Positions 1 through 13,700 of a stretch of DNA of 64,000 bases are shown piece by piece; the first letter of the stretch is position 1; each line of letters begins with the position of its first letter. A model generated the notes under the pieces. The model was not told the DNA's origin and ran no database searches. It saw nothing but the letters and a program-made list of their open reading frames with translations. The stretch is from Yuukianura sp. NJ FZ-2021. Its lineage: Eukaryota. The position numbers and the translations under genes were made by a program. The DNA is taken from contig CM102290.1 in assembly GCA_046563655.1 (NCBI GenBank), positions 11,470,001 through 11,534,000 of the forward strand, read 5' to 3'.

Positions 1-2803
1 GCCACAGAAACATTTTCCAGTTTCTGTGAGCGGAAGCTCGGTTTCTTGTTATGTTTTGGCAGTGTTTTCCCAGACAGGACTTGCAGTAAACCAATCAAGC
101 GCAGTCCATCTCCCAAATCCGTTTCCAGACTGTTGATATTTTGATGGATCTTCTTCAGATGTTCGTTGGCCCATCTCGTGAACGTATTTTGCTGGATCTT
201 CTTCCAGGCCCTGCAAAAATCCCAAATACAGAATCAACCACTGCTTCACTTATCTTAACCTCCCTTGTAAAATCTAAGTAAGTCATTATGACAGGAGCAC
301 GTTTACAAACCGGTATACCGGTAGCCCTGACTTTGACCGCAATAACCGCAGCAATCCAACCCTTTACTATGCCACTTAACAAACAATAACACCCGACCTG
401 ACAATTAGATCAAAATAGCAAGGACAAGCGATGTGTCCAGTGTCAGGACACTGTCATTGTCACTGTCACCAAAACCAATATGATTCAAGTTGACAAGTAC
501 CAATAAACAAAAGAAATAAAGTTTGATTAGGGGAAGATATGAAGTAGAAAGAGCGATTAACTTACGCATCGTCTGCAATCATGTCCTCCATGATATCCAC
601 TTGTTGACTATGATCGTCCTCTTGCATGTCATTGGATTTACTTGGATCTAACTTGCCTCCACCCATCATTTCCACCTGTGTACCAGCATCCAGGAACAAA
701 AAAAAAGAGAACAAGAGGATGAAGTACTAATAAAAACACCTTCGTCAAACTACACTTGACAATAGACACAAACATCCCATTGTTCCCCGGCAATCCCACA
801 ACACGGTGGGTACACCAGTTGAGACAACTCCTCTGGATGCCGTCTATTTAAGCACAACATTGTGTTACTATGTATAACCACTGCCAGTCATATTGTTAGT
901 TGTTTCAATTAATCCCGAGTTTCTCTTGCTACTCGTAAATTACTTCAATTAACTTCAATTAACAGGATTGCACCCTGCAATTACCATGTAATTTTAGCTC
1001 ATTTGTCATTTCTACTCTCAAATCTCAAGTCTAACATGAACTCGTGCGTTACAAAGTACTTACTTCAACCGTACCGCAGTTGAGAATCAACCTACCCTAA
1101 CATAACTAAAATTAGCAAATTAATTAATAAAATCTAAGGTTGCATCATGCATTTATAACGTAATTTTAGCTCATTTGTTATTGTTACTCAAGTCTAACGT
1201 GAACTCATGCGTTAGATAGTCCGTACTTCAACCGAGCCGCTTTTAAGCATCCACCTAGCCTAAACGAATCAAACTTCTACTAAAATTGGCAAATCTACCA
1301 CAGTTAGTAAACCTAACTTATTTTTAGTTAATCAAACTAACTTAATCATCAGAGGTTCCCTAACATTAAAGTCTAACAATGGAATATAATGAAGGCGTAT
1401 TTAAAAAGAACTTTGGTGTAACATAGGCGTCATCGTCGTTTAGTTTTCACCTCGTTGAAAATATGCATCAAGACTAAGAAAAATGGACGATTAAGGAGTT
1501 GTTGGACTCAAGTTATGTTAGAAAGTGGACATACGACCACCGCCGAGCACCGTCAAATGTCATACCGTGTATGGGTATAAGGATTAATGCCAAATTCAAT
1601 ACTAGGTGACAATGCAGAACCAAGAAGGATACAAATTCGAACAATTGATGATTCTTAAGATGATTTCGCAATTGTCCGTCCGTCTGTCCCTTACCGCCAA
1701 GGGAGAAACGTTGGTCATGGGAATTTGGCATGAATACTACCACCGATAACCTTTTGTATACCAAAGATCTATTGAACCAAAACGTAGTAGTACTTAACCA
1801 TTATCTGTCACCACTTCAGTCCCTGACACCATCCTGAACCATTAGCCATAAAATGTCAAAAGTCTTTTCTCGGAAGGATAAGAAGTTATTACCAAAGCTT
1901 GGAACTAGTAAACCGTTTTTTGTTAAAGCAAAAAGCTTGTATGTAAGTTTAAGTTCAGTTTTCAAGTCATCCTGGAGCCATTCAGCTCTTAAGCTTGACG
2001 CTTTGAAACTTTTTGCAATTCGGCGAGTGAGCAAATTGTCCAAGAATTCTGCTTATCCACCCACTAGTCCTAAAAGAATAAAACTTCCTTCCATGTCCCG
2101 CAGAGTTCCACGTTTTAGTACAACTTTGACACTTATGACCTAAATGGGGAATACAACTAAAAACATAGTCAGAGGGTGAAGAATTGGCTTTGAAACGAGC
2201 GTTTTGCAAAAGCTGGCGTATCGATATGGGATGGGAGACACCTCTGACACAGAAGACAATGATCTCATCCTATTGTCATTTTAAAATTCCAAGCCTTACT
2301 AGTTTTTCAATGCATCATCATGCAGTTACGTCTTACAGGCGACAACAGTCATACTGAAAACTGACTAACCTAAACACAACTCCCGAAACTTAACACAACT
2401 TATACAAATGTAAATGCAACCACCCCTGGCATGAATGCACCCAATATTTTTGGAAGCAAGTCACACAACCGCAGCCATAAATTTTAAGACTAAATTCCAA
2501 TTGTTACATCAATTTGACAATTTGTCTGAATACCCTTGCAATGATGCATCAACTAGTGCAAAAATTTAATGTCCTTCAACCTCCAATCCTAAAATTGCAA
2601 CTTAATTTGCAAATTGTGAACAGGAATTTGCAAATTGAGAACTGAAATTTGCAAATTGCGACATTTCCACCCCCACCCTAACATAAACCTTTGGATCCCA
2701 TGGTATTCCATACCTTTTGTTCTCCATTCTTAACTCCGTTTACTCCGTTGACTCCGTTGACATGCGATGCTGTTTGTCCAGAAGCGTCCTCTCCCACCCC
2801 CAT
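1..2803 (-). CDS. cher: Filamin (cheerio/FLNA-like), 5' part; gene continues beyond window start. Exons 2803-2714, 675-566, 210-1
   Basis: Spliced translation MGVGEDASG...GEQK|VEMMGGG...[76 protein letters not shown] matches the filamin CH1 actin-binding domain. GT-AG junctions have compatible phases (0, 2). The first coding exon is less certain than the CH exon. Confidence 0.92.
988..1295. repeat. Diverged ~170-bp direct duplication in a filamin intron
   Basis: Blocks GTAATTTTAGCTCATTTGT...CTCAAGTCTAAC.TGAACTC.TGCGTTA...TACTTCAACCG occur at ~988 and ~1160. Confidence 0.75.
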
Positions 2804-4968
2804 ATTTGCCCAATTTGCAAGTTTTTGACAATTTGCGAACTCACTTAAATTTGTCGTCACTTGGCAACTTTTTAAGTGCCAAAAAGTGAAAGTCAAAGGT
2901 TTCTCGAATGCTCACTCAAGTACTACTGTTTTGAAACCAGGAAAATAAAATTTCTGTTTTAAAATGCAATTTTAAAAACCACAAAAGAAAAAATCTTGGA
3001 TAAAAACCCAATTTTTAGCTGATTTGACTTACTGATTTTCAATGTGGTTTTGAATCCGTTATTATTTAAATCCACTTTTGCAAAAACACCAAAAGTTATC
3101 AATTTCCTGAATCTAAAAAACTAACCAACAGGATTGGCAAAAAATTAAACTTATACTTAATTAACTTATTGTTTCAGCAGCACTTTGCTTTTTAGTTAAG
3201 TCACTACTTTGTATTGCACAGAAAAAGATGACGAACGCGTGTGTGTCCAGCTACACTTCTTAAACTGTTTTGTCCGGATGTCAACTTATAAACTGTTTTC
3301 CAAAATCAAGAAATTACGCCTACTTTTTCAGATGTCCTGTCTTCCAGAATTCATACTGAACTTCAGTCATAAACTTTCCAATTACTAATCATTCATTTCC
3401 AAACTAACTTAAAAGTATTAAGAGCCAGTCACAATGACTGTTACAACCAATCATCGCACCACCCCTTGACCCCTTTACAAACAATAAACTGTCAACTTCA
3501 ACAAAATCCAAATATGGAATCATCCTTATTCTCATGATTGAGAATCATCTCATGACATGTCACTTCATGAGTAATTGATTTGATCAATCAAGTACTTCAA
3601 AATCATAAGAGACACACAGAACATATCAGAGTAATCAAGGTGTGATTCATGAAATCAGCCAAGTAATCACGTTTCTTAGAAATCGAAATCACCGAAGTAA
3701 TCACGCCTTTTGGGAATTTTGCAATTTCGCTTAAAGTGTCAAAATTTTTACATTCAATAGTCAAGCGCATCATTTTTTTTTCCAAAGAATAACGGGATTA
3801 GACTCCATATCAAAGAAAACACTCAAACTTTTGGTACTTACCGTAACTGGGATTCCTGCGTAAACGAATTTACAAAGTACGGCACTTGACTAATCACAAA
3901 AGTGAAGCTGGTAGCAATTTCAAGAGAGTTAGCAAACAATTAGTAATCACAAACACAAAAATGCTCTTCAGAATCAATTTGAATTGAAATTTCAGCAAAT
4001 TTAAAAAAAAATCCGAATTCTCGTTAGCGGTAACAGTCGTCGTCGAACAGTGACAGGAGAAATGAAACTAAAAAGTTGCTGCGTCTCCGTTCGTCTTTTG
4101 TCTTCAGTGAAACTGTCTGGATGAGATCAGAACTGAAGAATAAGAGCAACACACAGTTAAAATCCCAATGACGAATGTAGTAAACGTGAATCCTTACTAG
4201 AATGACACTAGTTGTCACTTTCTAAAGTTTTACAGAACACGCTGTTTACAAACGGGATCTCAGTAATGCTTTGTAAAGTTGTAAGAACTGTGTTGCAGAC
4301 ACCGGCTCCTCCAGAAGATCTGCACGTATTGCAATTGTTAGTGAGACCAAGATCAGAAAAGATGAAGATGACCTCGTTCGTCTAAATTTAGACATCACAT
4401 CATCTTCGTACAGCAAAAAAACGATACAACCATGCATCCCTGTGGCATCTTTCAATTATTGTTAGAAAAAAAAAGTGCAACATCCTGTGGAGCCTCTTTT
4501 CATCTTCGTCTCTAACGCTCTGTGGCAGTCACTACAACGTTAAAACCGGCACAAGATGCATCATGACCTGAAACAATAGCAAAAAAAGTGAAACTGACAA
4601 TAGCCTTTTACTTTAAAAAACTTCAACTTCTGCGGTATTTAACCTAAACTGGTTACGTTTTTGTGTGTAAACATTTGTAATTAATCTTCTTTGTACGAAC
4701 TAGTAGGAGGTATTGGATCCAGCATAGGAAAGCACAAGCGCCGGCTCTCCGCTGCAGCACTTCTTTCGTCCACAAGTTCAGAGGGGTCCATTGGAGCAGT
4801 ATTTTCGTCAGTAGTACAGCGATACTTGCTTGATTTAGGTTCGAAGTAGTGTCAACGCTGGAGCCCCGTCAATGCTTGCAAACATTCATCTTTTGTGCTA
4901 ATCCTAACATCGCCGCTTTAAAAAAAGCTGTAAAATTAATTATTTTTGGTGATGTGGATGTACTGGTT

Positions 4969-7900
4969 TTATCGAGACGTAAAGGCAATAAGGATTGCTA
5001 GAATGAGGCTAATCATAATAACGACCAGGAACCCGCGTTGCATCTGGAAAATTTAAACAAAAGTTAATCTTCGATTACTTATTCAATTAATTGAAATTAA
5101 GTTAAATAGTTACGTAAAGTGCTCCTTCTTGAGCATCTTTCTCTTGCAACTGTTGGGAAAGTCTTGAACACTCGGTGGCACTGGCTGCATAACGATCTTT
5201 GAATATAGCCAACTCTTCTTCCATTTCCTGCATCTAAAATCATTTTACAAAAAAATTAGCATATAACAGTACTTGCGTCACACTCGAAACATAATTTCTA
5301 TCTGAAAAGCAGAAATTTGGGCAGTTACCTTAACGGACAGGTCACTACTTTCGAAGCTGAGGTTCCTAAAACCGTTTATATTCAATTTTTAAATTTTTCT
5401 TTCTCAATTTCAAATGTGTACTCCAAAAGAACTTACGCTGCTGGAAGAGACGGTGAACGCGAACCTCCATTGTGCGAATTCTTGCACTCTTGAATCAGTT
5501 TTTCACGTTCATGAGCTCGTTGATTCTGTTCAGCCATTACCCGACCTGAGCACAAAATAAAACATGAAAGCATTCAGCTTTCAACAATCCAGCATTTTAA
5601 GTTTCAACCTTTGTGTTCTTACGTAGGTAATTGTTATCAGTCTCGGCTGCCTCTAAGGCTTCCTGTTGAACCTTGATCTTGGTCTCCGTTACATGTACTG
5701 TCACTTCCAAACGATGAATATCCTTCTTAAATTTGGTGGCTAATTCCTTTAGACTACTGATTTCTGACTCCAGCTCAGCATTCTTTTCAGAAACAACCGA
5801 CAATTCGCTTTCTTTCTCCTGAAAAAGTTCCAAAGAATGTTGCAATTTTGACTTCATAATGTAATGATTTTGAAAAATAGAGAAACACGATTCCTTACCT
5901 CTAATTTCATTACAAGGTCACGGAGATTTTCACGTTCCTGTTTCGCACTATTGAGGTCTGTAACGAGTGTAAGGTTTTCTCTTTTCAAAATCTGGATCAT
6001 TTCACGTGACTCCTCCAGCAGTTCTGTTCCAAAATAAAAATCAAAATATTAAATTTTCATATCAATTTCAGTGTGAAACTTTAGTTTTAAGAAATCATAC
6101 AATGACGAAAGTGATTTCAATTTAACAAAACACTTTACAACAAAACAACAATTGTAAATTTAACAAAACACTTGCTACTAGCAGTACTAAACTACTCATA
6201 AGTACTAAACTAGGCCAGCATATTCCAAAAGCGCTCACAGACTTATACAACTTGAACAAGTTTTTAGTAAATTAGACAAATAAAGCAAAAACATAGTAAC
6301 CCACAGTGAATTAGTTAAGTTAAAGACAGTTAAAGTGAAGAAGCATAGAAAAATGGAAGATACATAGGAAAGATAGGAACAGGTAACCTCTCAGAATGGT
6401 AACCTTTGTGAGGACAAAACTAAGGAACCAATCCTCTAGATGCCCATTGACATGCTTCCCATTGACATGCAGTTTACTAATCACTAAAAAAAATAGAATC
6501 AAATACACTCAGCATATTAAAAAAAACGAAAATCATAAATTTTGGACAAAATCAAAATCCCACGTCCAGAAAAAAATCCAAAAAATAAATGAAAAGAAAA
6601 ATTGAAACATAGTAAAATCCTCTGGAAGAGCCGAACACCGAAAAAGTTTAGAAAAACCAAGCCTTGGTGAAGCTAAAACTCATAAACCCTTTGAACAAAT
6701 TTTGAAAAATTCAAAATTTCAAGAAAAAAAAGTTAAATAGTCCGAATTCCTAGAAATTGTAAGAAAAGTGAGAGTTTACTCTTGAGCCCAGGATCAGCAT
6801 CCTTCTTGTCCTCCTTCACACTAGTGTCATTCCGGATTTGAATTGGCGCAATTTGAGTAACGTTAACCTAAAAATTAAAAATAATAAAATTAGCTGACGG
6901 CAATTTTCAAGATTACGTGCTATTAGTTTACACAAAATCCAATTTTGTTACCGAATCTTGTGAAATGACTAAATTGGGTTGAGGAACCGTTTCAATTGTA
7001 TTTGAATAGTTATTATGCTGCTGAGTAACGTCGTGATCGTTGCTCAGAGCAAAATGTTTGACTTCACAAAGCTCTAGATCCACCTTTCCGATAATGTCCT
7101 TCAAGTACTCCGATACTCCTGATTTGTTCGCAACGCTCTTCAAGTCTTCAAACAAGTCTGTAAGCACAGCAATAGCAAAATGGTTAGTTTCAGAATACAA
7201 TTGGTGCATCCAACAATGAATTCACTACTCACCTATGAGGTACGTGAGTCGAGCAATGATTGCTTTCTTTTCCTCTTCCAGACGTTCTTGCAGTCCCGTC
7301 AGTGCAGCCTTGTGGTTCGCTTCTTTCTCAATCGCGTTACTTGACGCGAGTCGAAGAAGTTTCACATCCAATGGTTCACTGGGTGGAGACGCATTTAACA
7401 CACTCGTGTCATGGAACTGGAAGTCTGAGTCACTTGAGGCAATGTTATTGAGAAGAGTTGCGTCAGCATCAGCATTGTGATTCAACAGGGATGAATTTAT
7501 CTATAAAATAAAGAAGTTAGTAAAAACAGGGTGACAGTTTCAAGCCAAAGTGCATGTACTTACCTGATTCTCTAGCAACTCATGATCTGACTTGAATGAA
7601 AAGGAGTTAGGCAGGAATCGATCACGAATTAAATGACTCTCGTGCTCCCTGATCATTTCATTTAGCTCATCCACCTCACATTTGTGCTTCACATTCGCTT
7701 CGTGAAGTTGTTCTGCCATTGTCTCACACTTTCGTTCTGACTCGACATACTTTGTGGCTAACTGTTCCAACTCAATGGAAATAAGAGTGGTCCGTTCAGA
7801 CAATAACTTCTGATCTTCCTCCTTAGCACTCAAGGCTCTACATGATAAACACAGTCCCATTATAATATTTTTGAATAGTCAATATCCCAGTATAATCAAC

Positions 7901-9598
7901 ACTTTTATCAAGTAAACTGTTTTACCGTTCTAAATCTTGACACTTTTTCATCACTTCTAATTTGTCAGTCAAGGATTTCCTAAGAGCCTCCTTGGCAGCT
8001 TCTTGATATTTTTCTTTGTCCGTATTCAGCTGAATTACTTCATCTCTCAGTTTCTCCTTGGTCATCGTCTGTTGAAAAATAAAACAAAACCAAATTGGAT
8101 AAATTCCAGTACTCGCATGACCGAATTCTAATTAAAACCAGGAAAATAAGTCTACTACCTTATGACATGCAAGAAGTTGTCGCTCGAGGGTGTCAATTCT
8201 AGCGAGTAAGCGATCCTCTTCTATCAGAACTTTCCAGCCAGAGCTAACTCCCTCGGTAGTATTTTTCAGAACTTTTTGTAACTCTGCGAGCTTCGTCTCT
8301 AGTTTCTCCTCCCTCTCAGCCGCATCCTGGAAAGGACATTAACAATATACCAATAATAAAATGGTTAATAGAATCAATTGAAGTATTTAGTGTACTTTTA
8401 AAAAAAGTTTGCATACATGAGAATGCCAAGCCTCGTCTTACCCGTAAATACTGAAACAGGGCGTATATGTCTTGTAAAGTTGTGGCAGGAGTCGGTTCTG
8501 CTCCATGTACTGCCTTTGCCTCCTTTCCATCTGGAGTAAAAAGTTGTAGACTAGCTACAATGCACCCATGAGTCACTAGTAAAGAAAAACAGAATTGAAT
8601 ACGATTTTTACATCAATCTCAATTATTAATCAGTATTAATCAGTAATGAATTAATCAATTATTGAATTTTGAATCAGCGGTCATACTATTCGCTTACCCT
8701 TTTTTGTAACTTCCATTACGTCAACTCCAAACTGGAGAACGTCGCCGGACGATACAGGAGTTGGCGGAGACTCTTCCGAACTCTTGCTCAGTCGTACATT
8801 GTTGATGAACGTGCCGTTGCTACTCTTGCTATCTTGAAGGTAAAACTGGAAGTAAAGTTACAAAAACAGAAGACAGTTAAACGAGCAATAAAATAAAACA
8901 AACAGCTCAACGAAGGTCTTTGTTTAGAGTTAACCCCACCGTTGCTGTTAGAAACTAAGCCTTTCCGCCTCTGGTCTCTTATGAACCAGGAGGTCTATGG
9001 AAGTCACCTTTAAGAAGGAGCAATGCCCTCATGGAAACAGTCTTGTACGGGTCGATAAATTTTAAATGAGAACTCGTAATTAAACTTTTAGTATATTTCT
9101 TAGTATCGGATCCGATGCGGAGTGAAGCAGGCAATGGGAAATGTGAGATAACAGGATAGACTAAAAAGCGTAATAAGTGAATGTCTGTCTTGAGAACGCT
9201 TTAGAGCAAAGGTGATTTACATTATGAAACAACACAAGGTCAACCCAATGACATTCGTAACTTAACCATTAATTTGCATTTGCTAATAAAAAATCTATCG
9301 CGTAATGGATTTACCTTGCCAGCATCGTACCACAGCAGCGCATGGTTTCTTGACAGGACTTTACAATCAAAAATGGCATTATTACTAGCGGGTCGTGAGC
9401 GAGCGACGGATCGGCCAATCTTCAGCGGTTGTTCCAATGTTACTGTGCGCTCCTAAAACAGCAAATGACACACAGTGAAAAATTTATCATATACAAGCAT
9501 ATGCAACGTTTCAAGCTAGAAACTTACTAAATTCATTTGATTTTTACCTGGAAGGGATGGGAGTTCGGACGTGGTGTTAAGATTGCACGAGCAGACAT
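4969..9598 (-). CDS. SLMAP: Sarcolemmal membrane-associated protein (FHA domain, coiled coil, C-terminal tail anchor), multi-exon
   Basis: [91 protein letters not shown]...[27 protein letters not shown] is the SLMAP FHA region. Coiled-coil exons follow. Last exon [24 protein letters not shown] is a hydrophobic tail anchor. Confidence 0.93.
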
Positions 9599-10730
9599 CT
9601 TTCTGTAGTAGATTTCGTCTGGCTCTGTTCAGAATTGTGATTTACTCCATTTCCAAATCAAACAATCTAATTAACCAAAATGAAGAACATTAAATAAAGT
9701 CAAACAGATTTTGTTCTCCTCATAATCTTTATCATCATCTCAATCTGATCTGAAATGTGATTAATGTTGTTACCTGATTTACGCCAGAGTACGTAATTTA
9801 ACTTCATGCCAAGGTTGCTCAGACCAGTACTTCATTAGAGTCGAATGGGATTAAGTAATTGGATGTGTGTAAATACAAAATAATTACTTAACAACTAAGA
9901 GTAAAAAAGTCGCAAGATGAAATTTAATTGAGAGAAAACAGAAACCCAAATGTAAAATCCACACCCCGCCGTCTGCGTCTCCCTTTCTATTTGGTCCAAC
10001 ACAAATGGACAATAGAGTACAATGCATTTGTACTGAAGGTAAACATTCTGAATTCCAAGTTGGAATTTCTAACTAAACGTAATTGTCAATTAACTTAATT
10101 AGATACTTAAAACTTAATTTTTAACGCAACTGTCGTTTTAGTACTTCACTTTACGTTGATTTACCTTTCGACTTTTTTTTTAAAAACTGAAAACGTCGAA
10201 AACGTCATTTTTGATGCAGGAAACGTTTAACCCTTGAACCCTGAATTTTATCGCGGCCGTAATCTTAAATAGCATGTAGTTAATTATACTTTGAATAAAA
10301 TACTTATGCATTATGTAACAATAATTATTATAAATACTAAAATTCAGTGTCCTATGCCCTATGCGTGTTCCGTTGCAATAAAATACCTAAATACCTAAAC
10401 AACTAATAAATTTTTATAAAATAGCCTCCTGGGACAGAAATGGCAAGCAACTTGCTCGCCATTATGTGAAACTAGAAAGTGGTTGACCTTTGCCCTAACT
10501 TTATTCAGTCGTTAATTGAATATTTCTTAATTAAAAGGAAAACGTAACATTGAAGTGAAGAATCCCTGGTCATACGCCCCCCTCTGCTAACATCTGCCTG
10601 GTGCTGCTGTTTGTCAAACCTGTCAAAGGATTTGAAATGGAAGTGATCCAAAGACAAACTTCTCAAAATCCTTTGCTTTTCTTAATTAATTGACTTAGTT
10701 AATTGATTATTTAGGGTGTAAATTGTAAAT

Positions 10731-13700
10731 ATGGCACTTGGAAAACCGTTTAAGGTGTTGTCACTCATTGGACAGTCCGAAAAATTCAGCGTTTTGCTGA
10801 CACATCGGAACAAAGAGGATGCCCTGCTCTTTGAATCTAATGCAGTCGCTCAGCTGAGTAAGTTAATGTCTTTTCTAAATGGTAATCGTTGTATGACAAT
10901 TCGGTAGAAAATAAGAAGTGATGCAGTATGGATATGCTGGATGCTAATACTTTCTGCTTCATTGCCATTTCAGCTGCTGCGGAAGTCAATATCGTCAAGA
11001 AGAATTACAAACCGATGATTGAATCATTCTATGGATGCCTTGGGGTACTGCAGTTTTATCCTGGTAAGAACGATAACAACAATGTGTGTGACCTCAGCAG
11101 GTAGAATAAGCATTTAGTGTTATATGTGTTTTACATTACGTGAAATGTTTCACTGTTTTGTTTCATGCTGCATAAAGGGCCAAACTGGCGAGGTATGATT
11201 TGTTAACTATTGGGCGGTGTGGGTGTTAGTATTGAAGAAGTTCGGGATATCATGGACCACTTTGGCTTTGCAATCATTGTCATGCTCCTCGTTTTACTGA
11301 TATATTTTTGAATATTTGTAGAGGATGACCAGCAGCTCTTCTTGGTGATGATCAGTGGATGCGTTTCTGTAGGAAAGATTGGAGATTCAGAAATATTTAG
11401 ACTCACACAAGCAGTTTTCATCAATCTTCGAAGTCCACTTCCAGATGAAGATAAAATTAGCGAGGTAATTGAGAGATTTTTATTATGGAGTAATGAAGGT
11501 TTCAGTTACTCTAATTTATTTAATTTTTGCCAGGTCAAGAAAGTATTGAATTCTGGGACATTTTATTTTTCATGGTCTGGTTCTGCTGAGCCTATCGACT
11601 TGACACTCTGCGAGCAGAAAAGAACTTTTACAAAAGAAACGGACAATCGATTCTTCTGGTAATTAATTCTATTTCAGTGAGACCTGAATGGAATTGATTC
11701 ACCGAAGTTCTAAACTTTCAGGAATCGCACAATGTTTCTTCATCTGCTTCGATTCGGTGTGGATTGCAATGATTGGTTACTCAAAGTTACGTGCGGCTCC
11801 ATAGAAATTAAAACTGTTTACGCTGGAGTCAAAAACGTAAAGGCAGCTATTGTGTCACGGCTCAGTTGCGAAAGAGCCGGAACTCGGTTAGTAAACTACG
11901 CCCTTAACATTCTATGTACGTGTAACTAAATTGTTGTTTTCCTAACCTTCATCTAGATTCAACGTCCGTGGAACTAATGATGATGGACACGTCGCCAACT
12001 TTGTAGAAACAGAACAAATACTTGCAACGGAGTCCGAAATCTCATCTTTCCTTCAAACCAGAGGTTCAGTTCCATTGTTTTGGGAGCAACCAGGAGTGCA
12101 GGTTCAATTCTAGTAAACAATTCAGCCTCCTACTGGTTATTTTCATAATTCAAACTGAGTGTATTTGGATTTCGTAGGTTGGATCTCACAAAGTACGACT
12201 TTCTCGTGGTCCAGAGGCATCTTGCTCAGCTTTATCCAGGCATCTGGAGATCCTGAAGGATCGTTATGGGAAGCAGGTCATTGTGAACCTGCTCGGATCA
12301 AGTCTAGTCGGCTCAAAGGAAGGAGAAGCCATGCTCTCATCACTCTTTCATGTAAGGTTGAAACTTTTAGTCTGACCTACCACTTGAAGTACATTCATGT
12401 TCTTCATTGATACTTTCATAGACTCAACACACGACTGATGAAAATCATATAGATATTCCACATGTACTTTTCGACTACCACCAAGAAGTAAGGGGAAATC
12501 GTGGGCTGGACAAGTTGGAACACAAAGTGCAGCAATACTTAGCAGAGTTCAAATTCTTCTACTCCAAGGATAAAACCGTAGAACGGTATGTTCGGAAACA
12601 GAAAAAATAAGCTGTCTTACTCTTTGTATGATTTAAAATGTTGGATTAGTATGCAAATCGGGACAATTCGAACGAATTGCCTGGATTGTCTGGATCGTAC
12701 AAACTGCGTGCAGACTTTCTTTGGCCTCAAGGTGACTAACGCTCACTTGCATAACAGCGGTTTCACGGATTTTATAGCTCATAATTGCTTCTTTAGACGC
12801 TCGAGGGCCAATTACGAGCGATGGATCTCATGGAAAAATCTCAGACTTATACTCGATTTGAAGAAGTGTTTCGTCAGATGTGGATAAATAATGGAAACGA
12901 GGTATCTAAAATCTATGCGGGTACTGGTGCTATTCAAGGCAGCTCTAAGGTTAGTACTGCGTTAATGGTAATGCGGTTCTCTGATACGCCGGAAGTTTGC
13001 TAAACATTTGCTTTTTCCTGACATCAGCTCATGGACGGTGCACGATCAGCTGCTAGGACAATCCAGAACAATCTCTTGGATCAGAGTAAACAGGAGGCCA
13101 TTGATGTTTTACTGCTTGGACACACTTTTAATACGGAATTGACAAGCTATGCACGCTCTCTCCTACCGCCACATTATCTTCACGGTAAGAAGATGTAAAC
13201 AAGTAGTAAAGTTAATGTAACTAAACATAAATCTTGGAATTTAAGATTAATTAGATTGAATCTGTCTGCAGCTCCTCCGATTGTCTTACGTGCAATGGTG
13301 AGACGATGGGAAGACTACACTGTTCAGAAGCCACTGACGGTTATTGTGGGGACTTACAATGTGAACGGAGGAAAACACTTTCGGTCAGTTGTATACAAGG
13401 ATCTGTCGCTCTCTGATTGGCTGCTGGACGCAGCCAAGCTCTCACGCTCGTCTTGTAAGAGTCACTGTTTTTATCTACAAATTGAGCATGAACTACTTCA
13501 GTAAAGCTGATTCAGTATAAAATCTTGTATAACTTTTTTTCTCTGGGTTTTGAATCTGTAGCATTGGTAGCTCTCGACGAAGGAGAGGGTGATCATCAAG
13601 CGGATATTTATGCTGTGGGATTCCAAGAAATTGTGGATTTGAATGCTGGAAACATTGTTGCAGCTAGGTGAGTCTACTTTAAAAAAAATGTTAAAATACA

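Noticed and set aside
49..249. ORF-track 66-aa protein
   Set aside because: Wrong frame; the true reading frame encodes the filamin CH1 domain.
4246..4930. Alternative SLMAP terminal exons or a separate small gene
   Set aside because: Acceptor-like sites exist, but frames stop within a few codons or show no recognisable motif; probably 3' UTR.
6230..6625. Extra SLMAP mini-exons ([15 protein letters not shown] segment and 12-13 nt candidates)
   Set aside because: No combination gave consistent phases with the flanking exons.
8890..9260. Intronic RNase P/MRP RNA or snoRNA in a SLMAP intron (GAAGGTCT, AACCCAAT, small hairpin at ~8968-8993)
   Set aside because: P4 pseudoknot pairing could not be formed and no convincing box motifs were seen. 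An Rfam/Infernal scan would settle it.
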